The notes: a model not told the origin generated them from the letters alone. 64,000 nucleotides of DNA from Octopus sinensis (GCF_006345805.1 NW_021831284.1:124001-188000), one strand, 5' to 3'. Shown: positions 13,021-27,099, counted from the stretch's first letter. Translations and numbers: made by a program.

Positions 13021-13491
13021 CTACCAAATAAAATCTTTATTTTCCTTTAAAGTGTGATTTATAGAGTATTGGTGTAGTGACCACAGATTTAACTCACTAC
13101 AAGCTCTTTTATAGTCTTTTATAGCTTCGTCAATCTCCTCTTCTGTAAAGCCAATGTAGCTACTTCTGCTTGGAGGTTCATCCCATTTTGGATCTTTATG
13201 AAGTGGTTTGCAGTCGGCAAATGCTTCGCCAAAAGTTGAACGATCTTTAAAACAATTATACATACGTGTGCGTTTTGGTGTGGGTTCATCTGGGTATTGA
13301 TATGGAATTGGTTCAACCCCAGATGAATTGTAAATAAAATCATAATCTAAGATCGCATCTCGTTGGGCTTGGAGTTCGTCCCGAATGGGTTGACAAAAAT
13401 CAAATGCATAATAAAATCCATTGTAGTTATATACATTATTATATCCACTGTAGTTGTATGCATTGTTATTTCCGCAGTAATTATTATACAT
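13021..13491 (-). CDS. Intronless orphan ORF (156 aa) with Tyr/Asn-rich N-terminus
   Basis: Long stop-free frame in AT-rich DNA starting MYNNYCGNNNAYNYSGYNNVYNYNGFYY; no family recognised. Confidence 0.45.
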   Translation of the reverse strand: MYNNYCGNNNAYNYSGYNNVYNYNGFYYAFDFCQPIRDELQAQRDAILDYDFIYNSSGVEPIPYQYPDEPTPKRTRMYNCFKDRSTFGEAFADCKPLHKDPKWDEPPSRSSYIGFTEEEIDEAIKDYKRACSELNLWSLHQYSINHTLKENKDFIW

Positions 13492-14476
13492 TTTCCAATT
13501 AGAGTTAATAAATTGTAAAGATTTCCTTATATTTATAGCAAAAATTGCGTGTTTAAAATTTAATACTGATTTTAACCAATTGCGCGAATAAAGTTAAATT
13601 CACTAAATTCGCATTTTTAAAAAAACGTTCAAAATTCCATAAAAATTTACTTGTAATGAATTTTGTTTCTTACACATATTAAATGCCCAAATTTAATTAT
13701 CAAATATATTCAAAAATGTGCGAAATCAGTTTCTATTCTTTTGCGCGAAAATTTTTTTTGATAAGTTTTTTTTCCTTCTATTTTTTGCATTTATTTTTGA
13801 TTTTTACAAGAAACGAAATAGATTAGAAAAAGTTATCTTTAATGAATGAATTTTTTTGAAACTATTTATCACTTTTCTAACATAATTAATGATGATTATA
13901 AACCAGTGAGTGACCATAACACTCCACAATTGAAGACTCCAAACAAACTAACTCGAAAATTATAACAAAAAGTTGATAAAGGACTGTAGGAATACATGTT
14001 TTGAAACTTTTGTTTTTCAGAAATTAATCGAGTAAGTCACATTTGTACAAATGTACAATTTGAACAATTTTTATTCACAGCATTCGACAATTTTTGAATT
14101 TTATGTTAACTATTTTCTAGACAATTTAGTACATTTCCTTTAACAACATATTTTTTGGTATCAATTTTATCTTTCTGATGACATAAATAATATTTCTACG
14201 CAATCACCAAGAACATCAAATAACTTTATCTAAACCACCAAAAACATTTGTCAATGGATTACAATTAATTCAAAAGAATGAAGTGAAGATATTACAGAAT
14301 TCAGAATTAATTGACTAACTAATGGATTCAAATTTTTTTTAAATAAAAAATCGTTCATTTCTTAGTCTTTAAAAATATATGAAATTTTTAGTCAATTTTT
14401 TTCTCACTAGGTAAAACTGGTGAAGAATAACGTTTCTCAATTTATAAAGAAAATTGATAGAAAAGTTAAAATTCAA

Positions 14477-15412
14477 TTAATAAGTAATCTTTTGCCATGG
14501 TATATGCCCACAATCTCCGAGCAATCGTAAGGAAACAGTTCCAGAAGGGTTAATAGTCAATTCAGTAATAGAGGCATGAGCCAGCGACATCCTAGACCAA
14601 CCAGAAAGTGGCAATTGCAATGCCCTACAATAACAGAAAATATAAAGCACACCTGCATACAAAATAGCGGATAACATTTCCGTGACAGAATATTATGTCA
14701 ACTGAATCAGATTTTTGAGATGGTGGGGCGCGATAAAAAAATTTTTGAAAAGCGGAATCAATTCTGGGACCATCTTTTAAAAACTAAAGGAATAAGATCA
14801 AAATGTGTGTAAACACTGTCCTCCAATATGTTTAAATGCGTGTTCGCTGGTTCGGGAGGAAACGGAGCCCCTTCACGGAGAAGATCACAAAATTCGACTG
14901 AATCTTCTTCAAGTAAATTATTGGAGTTTTTGAAATAATTTTCACAAAATATTTTGGCTGTTTCTTGAGCTCTTATCATAGTTGAAGATGCAATTTTAGT
15001 TATGGGCATTTCAACCTCTAATAAACGTTCGGATGTATACTGAGCTTGTTCCCGACCTTTTATAAAAATAAATAAACTAAACCAAGTTCAGTCAAATAAT
15101 GCTCGTTATCAGATTTTCCTTGCTTATTAAACTGTCCATGGCGAATTAAAAAAATAGTTCTCGTGGCCGTAGGGATTATATCTTGATCTGAGTCGTTCAG
15201 AAAATGATATCTAATAAATAAAAGTTTTATGTTAATTATTACCTGTCCCAATTAAAATCCCATTTCGGACAATTTGTTGATAATAATTGTGGGGAAGCAG
15301 ATTTTACGACTAAATGGTTTTTTATTGAATTAAAAAATTTTTTAGATTCTTCGGGAACCACACAATAAGTGACAACCAAGCCTGCAGAAACTGCCAACAG
15401 ATTTCTCCACAT
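14477..15412 (-). CDS. PGAM5: Mitochondrial Ser/Thr/His phosphatase PGAM5
   Basis: N-terminal hydrophobic segment, WDFNWD motif, ATRTIFLIRHGQ, DLLREGAP, FCHGNVIRYFVCRALQLP, SLRLLGDCGHIP; short introns. Confidence 0.92.
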
Positions 15413-16003
15413 GCTATAAATATTGTTAATTGTTTTAAAAAAAAAATTATTATAATTATAATGTTTAAATATTTAAAGTCTTATTTTTATTCTAAAAATA
15501 AAATGATTACCGAACAAACAACCAAAAAACTCATCTAATTTAGTAAACTTCTCTATTTTCGACTCAAAAAAAAATTAACCAAAAAACCAATTATCTTAAT
15601 AAGTTAAACGTTGAATGTTTAATTTTGATTTTGAGGTTCGTCAATGATTGCATTGTTATCGCTTAATCTTATTGATAAATGATAGATTTATGATTGAATA
15701 TTTAATTAGCAGCAGAGGATAAGATGGAATAGCAATTCCCACGGAAGATGGCTGTTGATATTGATATGTGAATTGTATAAAATATTAAGAAATTATATCT
15801 GCCGAAGATAAGTCTTTCGATTTGGAATTATATAAATTATAAACTGCATTTAATTGAAATTTTAAAACTATCTAAGTAAATCTTTCAATCCAGTTCTAGA
15901 AATTTATATTCTTTTAGAATAAGAGTTTGTTGCCAATCCCTTTTTATTTCTTATCTTCATTACAAAGTCAGTCATCATATTTCCTTTTGCGTTTGCGGCC
16001 TGC

Positions 16004-16091
16004 CTAGGGTTGCCAACTGCCCTGGAATTGATTTCCAGAGTCCTTGTCCTGGGCTGAGTTATTTTGTCCCGGAAATCGGTGGCAGTTCTAG
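16004..16091. mobile_element. Small hAT-type MITE-like relic
   Basis: Ends CTAGGGTTGCCAAC ... GGTGGCAGTTCTAG form an imperfect inverted repeat (11/14). No TSD seen. Confidence 0.4.
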
Positions 16092-16375
16092 ATTTATTAA
16101 TTATTCAGTATTTGTCCGTATTACAACTTTTAATTAGACTGAAAAATTCACGAATTTTTATTATTTGTTTTTAAATGGTAAACCTAAAAAATTGTTTGGA
16201 GACAGTTCTCTAATAGAGTTTGTGAAGAAAAAAAATATGCTAGACAATAATTTTTATTCTTAAATTTATTACAAATAATTTTATATTTATTTAACAAAGA
16301 AATTATTACAAGTTTTTAATAACTATCAAACATCCATTTAGGCTAAAACAAGTATAAATCGTTAAGAATTATAGA

Positions 16376-18127
16376 TTAAAAAATCAACTTTTTTCTATTT
16401 AAATTTCTTCGACGATAAATGAAAAATCCGACCAGTGAAAGACATATAAGAATAAACCCCGACCAAACAATCACAATAATATTGATATTCGTGTTTTGCA
16501 CTAATTTATACTAAATAAAAAACTTACCAAACGAAACTGTAATTGTTTGAGTGACTTCTAAAAATCCATCTGATATTATGCAGGTGAGAGGCGCATCTGA
16601 TAAATAAGTTTTTGAGAAATTTTTTGAATTTTCATTAAAGAAGAATTTGCTGATATTTTTTTCAGACGTTATAAAAAAGACTGAATCATCCACATTGTGT
16701 CGTACTGGCGTTCCATTGTATAACCAGTTTATTTTCATTTCTCTGAGTGGATCGACAGTTCCTTTACACACGATTCCGATTTGGTTCAACTCCTCCACAC
16801 GGATACGATTGAAATGTGACATGAATATTGTTGGCTTTTCTATAATCTTGACGTAGACTGTTTTTGCAGCTTGTGAAAATGCATTATAAACAAAACATCG
16901 AACACTCATGGACCGGGAAGTATTGATTATAGTAAACGTTTTATTGTCTTCAGATAAAAACGATTTAAATTCAATTTCAGTTGTACCTGAGTGTAATTAA
17001 TTGCTTAAATACCATATTCCACGGAATTTAAATACCACTTTATGGCTGGTTCTGGATACCCTTCTTTAGAAGAACATACAAATGTTGCGTTTTCTCCTGT
17101 TGTTACATTTAATGAACGAAATGAATCAGAAATAGAAGGAGGTTCTACAAATTTTTAATGATATTTAACCATAAATAGAAAGTGTAAAATTTTCTCCAGA
17201 ATGAAACAATTCCGTTTCATGGCTTAAAGGGACACATAATATTGTTCTGGTTGGCTGTTTCACATTTGTATTCACAGGTAAGTAGTTAGTTCCTACTAAG
17301 GTCTCATTTTCATAATATAAAATTTGGTCGTATAGACTAAAATATATATTTATGAACAAACCTCCCATAAAATAAACATGGCTGGATTTTCTCCACCGAC
17401 GAATTGTACTTGATTTTTACGTTTTCTCCTCTTGTAAAGACGTGGACCAAATAAAAAGAGAAACCTTTTTTAAATTAATAAACAAGAAAACTGATTTCTG
17501 GAGGCTGAATATAGAAAGTTTTGTTCTCATATTTTCCTTCGCAAACATAAGAAAATTTTGAATCATCCTTAACAAAGTATTTTATATACAAATCGTTATT
17601 CTCCACTATTAATCTGTCCGTTATTGACGTAGAATTAATAATTGACTTTTTTCCATCGTATATACTATTTCTATACCACGTGCAGTCCGTGCTAATGCCT
17701 TCACTCGTTAATATAGTATTAAGAAAATTTTGTGCTGAGACAACTAAAAAAATAAATACAATAAATACAATTATTTTTAATCAAAGTCTCCACTTTGAAT
17801 GAAAGAGATGTTTCTCGACCATATTTGTTTTCCACTGAGCAGGTAAAAATTTCTGACTTGTTGTAGTCTTTGTCAAATATGAGATTTCTGCCATCTCTAT
17901 TATAAAGCAATTCTTCTGCGAAATCAATGGGGACACCATCTTTAATCCATCTGTATATATTATATAAATATTATGCACTTGTATTCGTATACGGAACTTG
18001 CCTCTATTGGACATTCTATAGTGTGGTTTAAATAATTCAAAAATTTTGTCTCATCTGTCATCTCCATGGTTGGAGGAAAATTGGCAGTAAATATTTGTGG
18101 AAATAAAACAAGCAAATTAAACAGCAT
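16376..18127 (-). CDS. Five-Ig-like-domain type I membrane protein, copy 2, short tail
   Basis: Open spliced frame from MLFNLLVLFPQIFTA through five domains homologous to copy 1 (D1 about 59/87 identical by hand). TM IIVIVWSGFILICLSLVGFFIY, then RRRNLNRKKLIF*. An additional 3' splice is possible. Confidence 0.85.
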
Positions 18128-18745
18128 TTTTTAATTATTTACGAGGATTTTTTTATAAATAAATGTTGTAATATTTACATATTTGGAAATTATGTTGGAT
18201 GTATATTTTTGGAAATTACAAAAATTAAATTCCTATTATATTTCCTTGAATTCGATTTTATTTCCGATGCTTATTTTTTATACTTTCCTTTTTAAAATTT
18301 CGTATATCACAATCAAATTAGATGAAACATTTTGAATGAAAGGAAAACTCAAGTTTTAGAGAGTTTTCCGAATCGATGTTTAGAAAATTTACACATAATG
18401 TAGTTAATTCAATGGATAGAGAACACGTTGAAATGACGAGTAAAATGCAGATTTTTGAGAAAACGTTGAGCATATTGACGAGGAAGTAAACCAACCTACG
18501 CTTGATGTTAGGTAACGATAGAAAAGGTATTTGAATGAGAGATTCTGCCAGATCCACAATGCAATTAAAAATAAGTTTAAGAAAGCAATACAAGAATTTT
18601 CTTCCGAAGGATTCTTCGAGGGTGCAAATATACATATATAGATCGGCACTAGAAGGAGGCAGATTATTGAAAAGCCACGAATTTTTGATATGAATAATTA
18701 GGGTTAATAATTTGTAAAAAATATAATTAATTTATTAATTTTAAA

Positions 18746-19230
18746 ACGTGATGCCCACCTCCACGATAACAATCTTCCCGGTAACCTTATCGTTGACCAC
18801 AATATCGGGTCTGTTGTGCTGGACAACAATCGAGGTGCGTACGGGGGTATCCACTTTAATGCACACCCTCGAGTTCTCACACACCGATTGAACTCTATGG
18901 GTTCACAACATTCTGGACCGCCTCAAGCCATACTTATTGCAAAGCAAAAGATGGAGGAACCTCTCCACCTCGTTATGCCTCCATGTGTAATCATGGTAAA
19001 GCATACTCCCGCACTTCGTGGCTAAATGGTCAACGGTCATCGCCTTACTTTTACAGTGGTTACACTGTTTTCTTTGACCATTAAAAAAGTTTCTGTCCTG
19101 CAAATATGAGAATAAATCTTCTGATCGGGGAGAGCTATTCCCATATTTTAACCACGTTAGTGACGACGTTACGTCAATGTGCGGGTTGTCCAGGCTGCTA
19201 AAGGGAATCTTGTGAATAAGTTTATCTTCT
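18746..19230 (-). mobile_element. R4/Dong-like fragment (CCHC knuckle to start of RLE)
   Basis: TVDHLATKCGSMLYHDYTWRHNEV ... HNRPDIVVNDK..IVEVGIT. Confidence 0.85.
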
Positions 19231-19409
19231 GCAAGAAAATTTTAATATTAAACAAGATAATAACTACAATTTTGTTCAATCAAACAATCTCAAATTTTGT
19301 CTCTTCTTAAAAGTTGCGTGTTTTAAGTAAAAAATTTAATCCCTCTTTTAACCAAATGCAAAAATAAAGGTAAATTCGTATGTTTTGTAAAAACAATCTC
19401 CTTTAAAAC

Positions 19410-19650
19410 TTTTTGACTCTGTCGACCACGAGTTTCTGTACTACGTCCTTGATAACTCCGGTCTCCCCCGTTGGATTGTGGATTTTATAAAGGGACTTGT
19501 CACGAAATGGAAAATCAAGCTGAGATTTAATCAAAAAGTTATTGGTAAAGTGAGAATGAAGAGAGGGATCTTGCAAAGTGATTCTTTATCGCCCCAAATT
19601 TTTGTTCTTGTCCTGACCCCCTGAGTAGAATATTGAATGCAAAATTCTCA
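19410..19650 (+). mobile_element. R4/Dong-like RT fragment
   Basis: FDSVDHEFLYYVLDNSGLPRWIV...RGILQSDSLSPQIFVL (RT domains 3-4). Confidence 0.8.
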
Positions 19651-21762
19651 ATGATCAATTCTTTCAAGCTGCCAATGAGCATGCATTATCGTTGTATAAT
19701 AACTAACTGAACGTTCTAAAAGATTTGCAAGGAAAGCACTTAATTGTACAAATACGAAAAAAGTCGCTTCACTCGATTTTGTTTAATTTCTATGGTGATT
19801 TGTTCGTGAATCTGAAGGAATCGTCCTGGCGGTTCTTATGGGAACAACTCTCCAAGGTCAGAGGGAATGCTGTGCATGGTTCAGGGCCGCAACTTATTCC
19901 TTGAAAACAATGGTAGTAGTTGTAAAAACACGCCAATTTATAATTTGTATAAAGCTCGCTTAACTTTTGAAGAAGCTTTTGCCGACTTCAAACCACTTTG
20001 CATAAATCAAAATTATCATTAACCCCAAGCAGGAGTAGCTAAATTTGCTTTACAACAGGAGAAATTGTCAAAGCCATAAAAAAAGATGAAAAGGCTTGTG
20101 GCAACTACATCGATATTCTATAAATTACTTCAAAGAAAGATAAAAATTTTATTTAGTAGATATTCTATTTTTGTTCGATAACCCTATTTTTTTAAATTTC
20201 AGTGAGCAAAAGATAGACAAGCATTCCTTTTATAAATGAGCAGAAATCCTTTATGAGAACACAAAATGTTCCTTCAGTTCTTTTTTCTTTATTAAAAAAC
20301 CGAGGAAATTGTCAGAAGACATTTGAGAACACCCAACTCAAGAAAGATATGAATCTTTTATTTCTTCTCATAAGATAAATCATGACATCAAAAGACCTAT
20401 GAATATTGATTGCACTTTTCATAGAAAGACCTTGCAACCTACCTGTATCTAAATGCCAAAAAAATCTTGTAAGCATACTTTCCTACGACCTAATTAGTTA
20501 AAAAGTCACTCCTAAACATAAAATCTCGACTCTTCATCACACAGAATTGAAGCTTAATTGGATAACCTAACTCAAAGCGAAAAATTTTTATAAACCATTG
20601 ACTGATAAACTCGATTATTAAGAATAAAGTCCAAATAATTTCATTAGTGCTGCGGATAAATGATTCTTGCGACTATTCTTTCTCACCCTCTACCATTTGA
20701 TGCCAGGCTCAATCGATTACGATGGCTGATGTAATTGAAGTGTTTCATCAACAAATTGCCGTTTTCTTTGTCGCTATGCAGGCCATTTTTGGATTTTATA
20801 TACTCTTGTGTTTCTCCATTGTTGGAACAACAATGCTGTTTATTGTTTTGACGAGTGTTTTTGTTTCGTAGTTGAGGGTATTGGCGAATTGACGTCAGTT
20901 TTTTTTTTCCTCAAATTTGTTAGATATATTCTGGTTTAGTTCTCTTAATCGGGTGACAATATCCGAGATTTCTACCATGACGTGTTTTGTTTAAGGTTTT
21001 CGCGAGTTTTCATTAGATCTGCTATTTACTTGGTGTAGTCAGAATTATACTTCATTTTTTCCCTTTGAAGGTTTGTTTTTTGGTGCTTTTAAGATTATAT
21101 TAATGATGTGATCCTTTTAGATCTGCTGGTGTTCTAATTTCTTCAATAATTTCTTTCACATAATCAAAAATAATTATGATTTAGAAGAGATTATGATTCA
21201 AATTGTTTTTTTTTGTCTGTATGTTGAGACTAATCTCATTTTCATTACTATCATTTATGTTTGATTGTATTTAAAAGTTTATCTTTTATGTATAATGAAA
21301 ACTGTTTTTTAAATGTTGATGACAGCATATCCTGTTCACACTCTATTCATCTTTCTTGCTAGGAAAATTTATTTTATAAAATTTAGAGCACTAAGACAAA
21401 TTTTTTCTGAACTCAAATTAGATAGTTTTTGTTAAACTTTCATATGCCTCTGAAGATCTCCGATAAATTATTTCACTTTTTAATGTCCTAATTACATTTT
21501 GTATAAAAAATATTTATTTTATTATTTTTTAAAAATTATGGATTCCCTGATGAATTCTTCAAATTTCATGATGACGATCACATTTAAAATTAGTAATGTA
21601 ATCTTACCCCCTAATTCTACACTTTATTTCCATAAAAGTATTCTAATAAATAATTTTCATTGATTTTTAGATGCAGGGATCTGAATTAACTGACCTGATT
21701 TCAATAATTGATGTTTTAAAAATATATAAATTCCCACGGGTTTAATTCTTTAATATAAATAG

Positions 21763-22105
21763 AAAGAGTATTAAAATAATTGCACATCAAATGGGAAGAG
21801 GATTTGGTCGTACAAAAAACATTTTTGATGACAATTTTGATAAAATGAGCAGAAATAAGAAAAGGTTGTTTTATTGTTAAAAAGTTGAATAGACGAAGTA
21901 GGTCTTATGATTTGGGATATTCATCAAACATGTTCGGAAGACGCCGGTAGTATTTCAAATACTGATCACTGAATATAGGGGACGTGGTTACAGCAATACC
22001 TCTTACGTCCTTTTTGGATCATTTCTAATGGGCAGTCTTTTCATTATTCTGTATTGGATGCACTGCCAGGAAATAATACTAATCCCGTTTTTCAGAATCG
22101 ATTAA
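21763..22105 (+). CDS. Probable small spliced gene, Arg/Gly-rich with C-terminal hydrophobic segment; 5' exons unresolved
   Basis: Removing two GT-AG introns (about 28 and 32 nt) gives ..GRGFGRTKN..RNKKRRSRSYDLG..GRRRGRGYSNTSYVLFGSFLMGSLFIILYWMHC..*. Confidence 0.35.
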
Positions 22106-22243
22106 AAAATAACCTATATTAATAATGCTAACTACTAATAAATAAAGTATTACATAACAAAAATTCTTAAACCTACATTTGTAAATTACGAGGAGCACTA
22201 TATCTATCCAGGCTTTAGCGACACGAATTTGCATTTGAGAAAT

Positions 22244-22312
22244 TTAGCCACTAGTATAATGGCATTACGCCAGATTATGCCGGAGATCCGGGTTCGATTC
22301 TCAGCAAGGGAA
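22244..22312 (+). pseudogene. Degenerate tRNA-derived sequence (tRNA pseudogene or SINE head; Asp/Glu-like)
   Basis: A-box-like TAGTATAATGG and B-box GGTTCGATTC with T-arm CCGGGTTCGATTCTCAG. The acceptor stem does not pair and the anticodon arm is defective. Confidence 0.45.
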
Positions 22313-22928
22313 CTTAAAATCTTAAACATTTTCAGTTTAAATTTAGATAGACTAATGTATAAAAAAACCGGGAGATAGGTATTAGGTACCTCTTTACTTG
22401 TTCAGAATATATTTTATTAAAAGTTCAGCGGGGTTCCCAAAATGACTTGAGTTTCTCTTTAGCCATGCATCAAAAATCTTTGCTGTCATCAATTTTCGGG
22501 ATTAATGTCCTTAACTTCCATTCGAATGTCATCATCGCAGTATAAATGATTAATTAAAGATGGACTGATCCTAAAGCCAGGACCAAAATGCCGGTTTTCG
22601 ACAATAACAGAATTATGACGTAATTTGTACAAATTCCGTCAAAAGCAGAAGACGCACTTGTTTCCTGAAAACAGAAAATCTCAATTTTGTATTTTTTTAA
22701 AATTCTAAACAAGTTTTTTTGATAGACCCCGGACGTTGAGCAATGTGAGAGTGAGGCGAGTAGTGTTTAGGCATGATGGAAACATCGGAACAAAGGCACC
22801 ACCTTTACCAACAAAAATTTTAATAAATTTCTATGAAATCTTTACTAATAATTATAAACATTTAATTAAATCGTTTTAGTAATTTTAAATAAAAATAAAT
22901 AAAACTTATCACGTTTAAATACTAAATA

Positions 22929-25179
22929 ATGTGTGACAAAGATAAAATTCAACCAAATCATAATGAAGATGAGTTTGTTACTTCAGATGACGAAGTATTA
23001 AATTTTATAGGCATTTAAACCGTCTAGGATGTAATTACAACAATTGGCAATGTCCCTAACGAATGGTACGAGCATCTCGACCACATTGGCTACTCTGTCG
23101 ACTCAAAAAAACTAATCAAGCCAAAATCAAGTGACCAAATAGACAATTTACTTGAAAAGATAGAAAATCCAAATTACTGGTAATAAACATTTATATAATA
23201 CAGGCGGACCGTTACCGACGATGTTACTAAACAGCAAGTAATATTAGACGACAGTGATCTTCGACTCATTCGTAGGATAACCTCTGGTAATGAAGTGCCG
23301 TGTGGGTTTGACCCATATAAAGTAGTTTTGATTATTTATTTTAATTTCAGCTTCTGAATCCTCCTAAATCTGTTTGCATTCATCCATTGACAAATGGTCA
23401 ACGTTCAAAAAAGAGTTTCCAACCTAGAGAGCTTCTCAAGGCAATAGATGTAATCAAATTTAAATTTCAAATAAAGGCGGAGAAAAAACTAAAAAAAATA
23501 AAACCTACAAATCACGTGAATGACACAAAAATAAAACTTTTATACGACTTGTGGCAAACTGTATTGAATGTTATTGGCATATAAATAGGAGGGTACTTCA
23601 ATCAGAGATCGGAAAGATCATATCCCGCCTCCTAAAATGGTTATGCCAGGAAACGAAGAGTCATATAATCCACCTGCAGAATATCTTTTCACGCCGGAAG
23701 AAGTAATTTAAATAATATAAATCCTTAGGAGGCAGATCTTCCTCCTGAAACATTCCGTCCTCGCAAGCATAGCAGTCTTCGTTCTATTGAGGCATATGAC
23801 AACTTTATTAAGGAAAGATTCGACAGATTACTTGATTTATACTTATGTCCACGACAAAAGAGAGTTAAGGTAAATATGCATAGCCTATTGATAAACTCAG
23901 GCTAATTATACGGTCAGAGATTTGCTTCCTCCAATGCCGAATATCAAGGATTTGGAGCCATTTCCAAGCAAGTTGTCTATGGTTGTTTATAATCACATTT
24001 TTATGTGTTTAGCAATTTAAAGGACACGAGAAATGTGTTAAATGCTTGGCAATTGACTCGTCGGGTTTATTTTTGGTGTCTGGTTAGCTTTAAGGGTATT
24101 TTTATCATAATTTAGGCTCCGATGACTGTAGTGTTAGGGTTTGGTCACTCACGACGTCGAGATGTCTTCAAACTATTACATTTGAGACTGAATGTGTTGG
24201 TGTTGCTTTTATTGAACACGAAAGGGGCTCATTCTTGGCTGTTTTATTGTATTTTTATTTGATTTTGTAATTTTCTATAGAAAACAGACAATCGAATTTG
24301 TTTTGCCCTCATTTCTAAATCCTATGGACACAGAAAAGTCAAAAGAATTGTTTTCGTCTTTAGATTTGAATGGAGAATATGATTACTTCAAATGGAATCG
24401 ACAAAATTCGAACTCTGTCCTGTCAATAAGCTCGTTTGCCGAGTTCTCGCAGTTTACTTGGCACAAAAAATGCAATTATTTTGCCACTATTCAGCCCCAA
24501 CAGGACTCTAGAAGTCTGGCTGTCCATCAACTCACCAAAGCAAATTCTCAGGTTATAATTTCACGTTTCTTAAAATTAGTTTCTCTTTCGACGTCCAAAG
24601 GGACATTTACAAGCTGTTAAATTCCACCCAATCAAGCCATGGCTGTTTGTGACTGTAAATTTTGTAATTCCAAGCATAAATAGACTAAGCGTCATGTCTT
24701 GTTGTATAATCTTTTAAAACAGTCTCTGGTCAAGAGATTTGATTGCTCTTCTCAATGGATTTCATGTTTTGCTGTCCATCCTAGTGGACATGACTTTGTA
24801 GTGGGGAGTTATGACTGTCGTCTTCACTGGTTTGACTCACAGTTGAGCAATAAGCCATATAAAACGTTATCGTATGATTGTTTAATTCTTATTTTTTATA
24901 GACATCATGAAAAACCTGTTTTGTCTGTGGACATGCATAGGAAGTATCCTCTCTTTGCTAGCACTTCAGCGGATAGGTCAGTGCTTATTTTCCATGGTCG
25001 TGTGTATGAGTATATGCTAGTTCCTAAAATTTTATAGTGATTTGTTGAAAAATGCAGAGATTATTCCACTAAAGATATTGCGGGGGCATCTTGATAAAGT
25101 CACGGCCTGTTTGTTCCATCCAGAACAGCCATGGATTTTTTCGTGTGGGGCAGATACACTGATTAATTTATATACTTGA
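22929..25179 (+). CDS. BOP1: Ribosome biogenesis protein BOP1/Erb1 (WD40), many short introns
   Basis: TIGNVPNEWYEHLDHIGY, ENPNYWRTV, PKMVMPGNEESYNPPAEYL, FIKERFDRLLDLYLCPR, and WD repeats ending FSCGADTLINLYT*. Confidence 0.95.
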
Positions 25180-25539
25180 TTACGATTTGAAACTTTTAAA
25201 ATCAAAATTTATTTTTATGGGGTTTTTGGGGCTTTAGGGTTGAGACCCTAATCATTACCGTTAATTCATAAATATTAGCCTTGACGCTCTACGTATTTGT
25301 GTTTAAACCCAGAGCATTCAAGTTTTATATGCACGTTTTATTTGTTGTTTGGTTTGGTCATTAGTCGAAAAAATGCAGACATGTTTTCGCAGTATATTCA
25401 GAAAATTGGCTGTTTCTGGTTTTGTCAATATTTCAAATATAGTTTTTCTAATTTCTCAAAATTTTTTCTATTGCAATCAAATTTATATTCACAAGGAAAG
25501 CCAAATTTAACTAAGGTTGCAGTATTTAATTAACGTTTT

Positions 25540-26700
25540 CACTCCTTATTGTTGGAAATTATTCTCTCTTATAGGGAAAGAATTTGCTGCTAGTTTCTCG
25601 CTTTCAATCTCTCCGCAGGACAAAGTTGTTATATGTCCTATAGCTACAATTGACATGTCCTAACTGCATGCCAGTTTCAAGTTGGTCGGTAGCAGAGGAG
25701 GTATTCTTCACCAGATACCCTCATCCCATGATTGTGTTCAATTAATATACTTTTGAGAGTTCCCGTGCCTGTGCTCAACCATCATATTCTTCACTAATTT
25801 CTTCAACACAACTGACTGTATGTAAGTCCAAGTTCCTTCTTTGCTAGTCCGAGTCCTGTCTTTCAATGTAGTTCTTTAAAACTTGGAAAAGACCTCGTCC
25901 CAGATCAGAACCAGTAGAATTATTTTCACTTGAGCAACGTAAAAGCTGGACAACATCCCGGTCAATTAGATTGTATTTGTGGCATTTCTCAAGTTTGGTC
26001 AGCTATAGGCGGTCCTAGGAAATGATTTCAATTTCGATGAGATTAATTTTATTTTTCATTTTGTCGTACATGAATATATCTGGCTTATTTCACTGAATTT
26101 TTCTGTCTGTAATCATTGAAGAATTGACGCATATTTCAACATTTTGTGTGGATATGATTGACTGGACTGAGTAACTTTCAATTTTTTGACTTTGTTGATT
26201 CTATACTTCCTACAGAAATGCAAATGAATACATCTCACAAACCCGTTATGTCTTATGACATAATCACTGTTGAGCATTTTCCCACACTAGGTTGCCAAAT
26301 GACAAAAAAAAATTTTGCTTCTCATACAATGGTTGCACAATGCTCCCTTAGTTTTAAAAGAACTGATTCCTATCCCGTAGTAAGCCATATAGTGTTTCAC
26401 TTCTGGAAGAAACATTCCCTTTCCAAAGCCACCCGCTTGAAGTTTCCGCATCAACATTCTGATCATTCAGATATTTTAATAATATGGAATGCAAAGGTTT
26501 GCATTCAATCTTTCTCATTAAAAAATTCGTCTGGGCGGTTTTGATAAACTCTGCACAGATGGATTCTCTGCTCTCAATACATATTTTGAGGCTAGAAATC
26601 CTGCGATTGTTGATAAGTGCAATTGATTTTTTTATTGATCTCAATATTCCCGACCTCCTCAGGCAGACTAAAAACATTTTCTAAAGCCACCCAAAAACTG
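25540..26700 (-). mobile_element. Degraded R4/Dong-like element (post-RT region to 3' end)
   Basis: KPLHSILLK..VDAETSSGWLWKGNVSSRSE..LLRDRN; nucleotide similarity to 62300-62960. Confidence 0.8.
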
Positions 26701-27099
26701 GAATAGCATCAATTCACTTTTAAAAACAATCGACGTTAATCCATTTCCAAGGTTTTTCCTACATAAATACAGGCTGTCTTTGTTCGCCGGTTAAAGAGAG
26801 GATGAAGACCATATATCGGTCGACGGTACCACTGCAGAAATCTTCAAGAATATGACCTATGTACGTGTCTTGAATTACATTAGACATCACGGGAGACTTT
26901 GGGACAAAATTTACTGAGGGATGCACTTTTATGCAATTCAGGGACGAAAATGTAGGAAAATTGTATTTTTCTCTGAATAGTCCTACTTTTCTGAAACGTG
27001 GCCAAAGATGTGCAGCAAAGCATTATGGTCTGTTTGGCCAACTCGTTAAAATCTTTTAAATTTGATGTTAGTTTTTAGAGCCGAATGGCGAAGTATATG

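Noticed and set aside
19700-21500. Faint LINE- or R4-like coding traces
   Set aside because: Too degraded to support with recognisable motifs.
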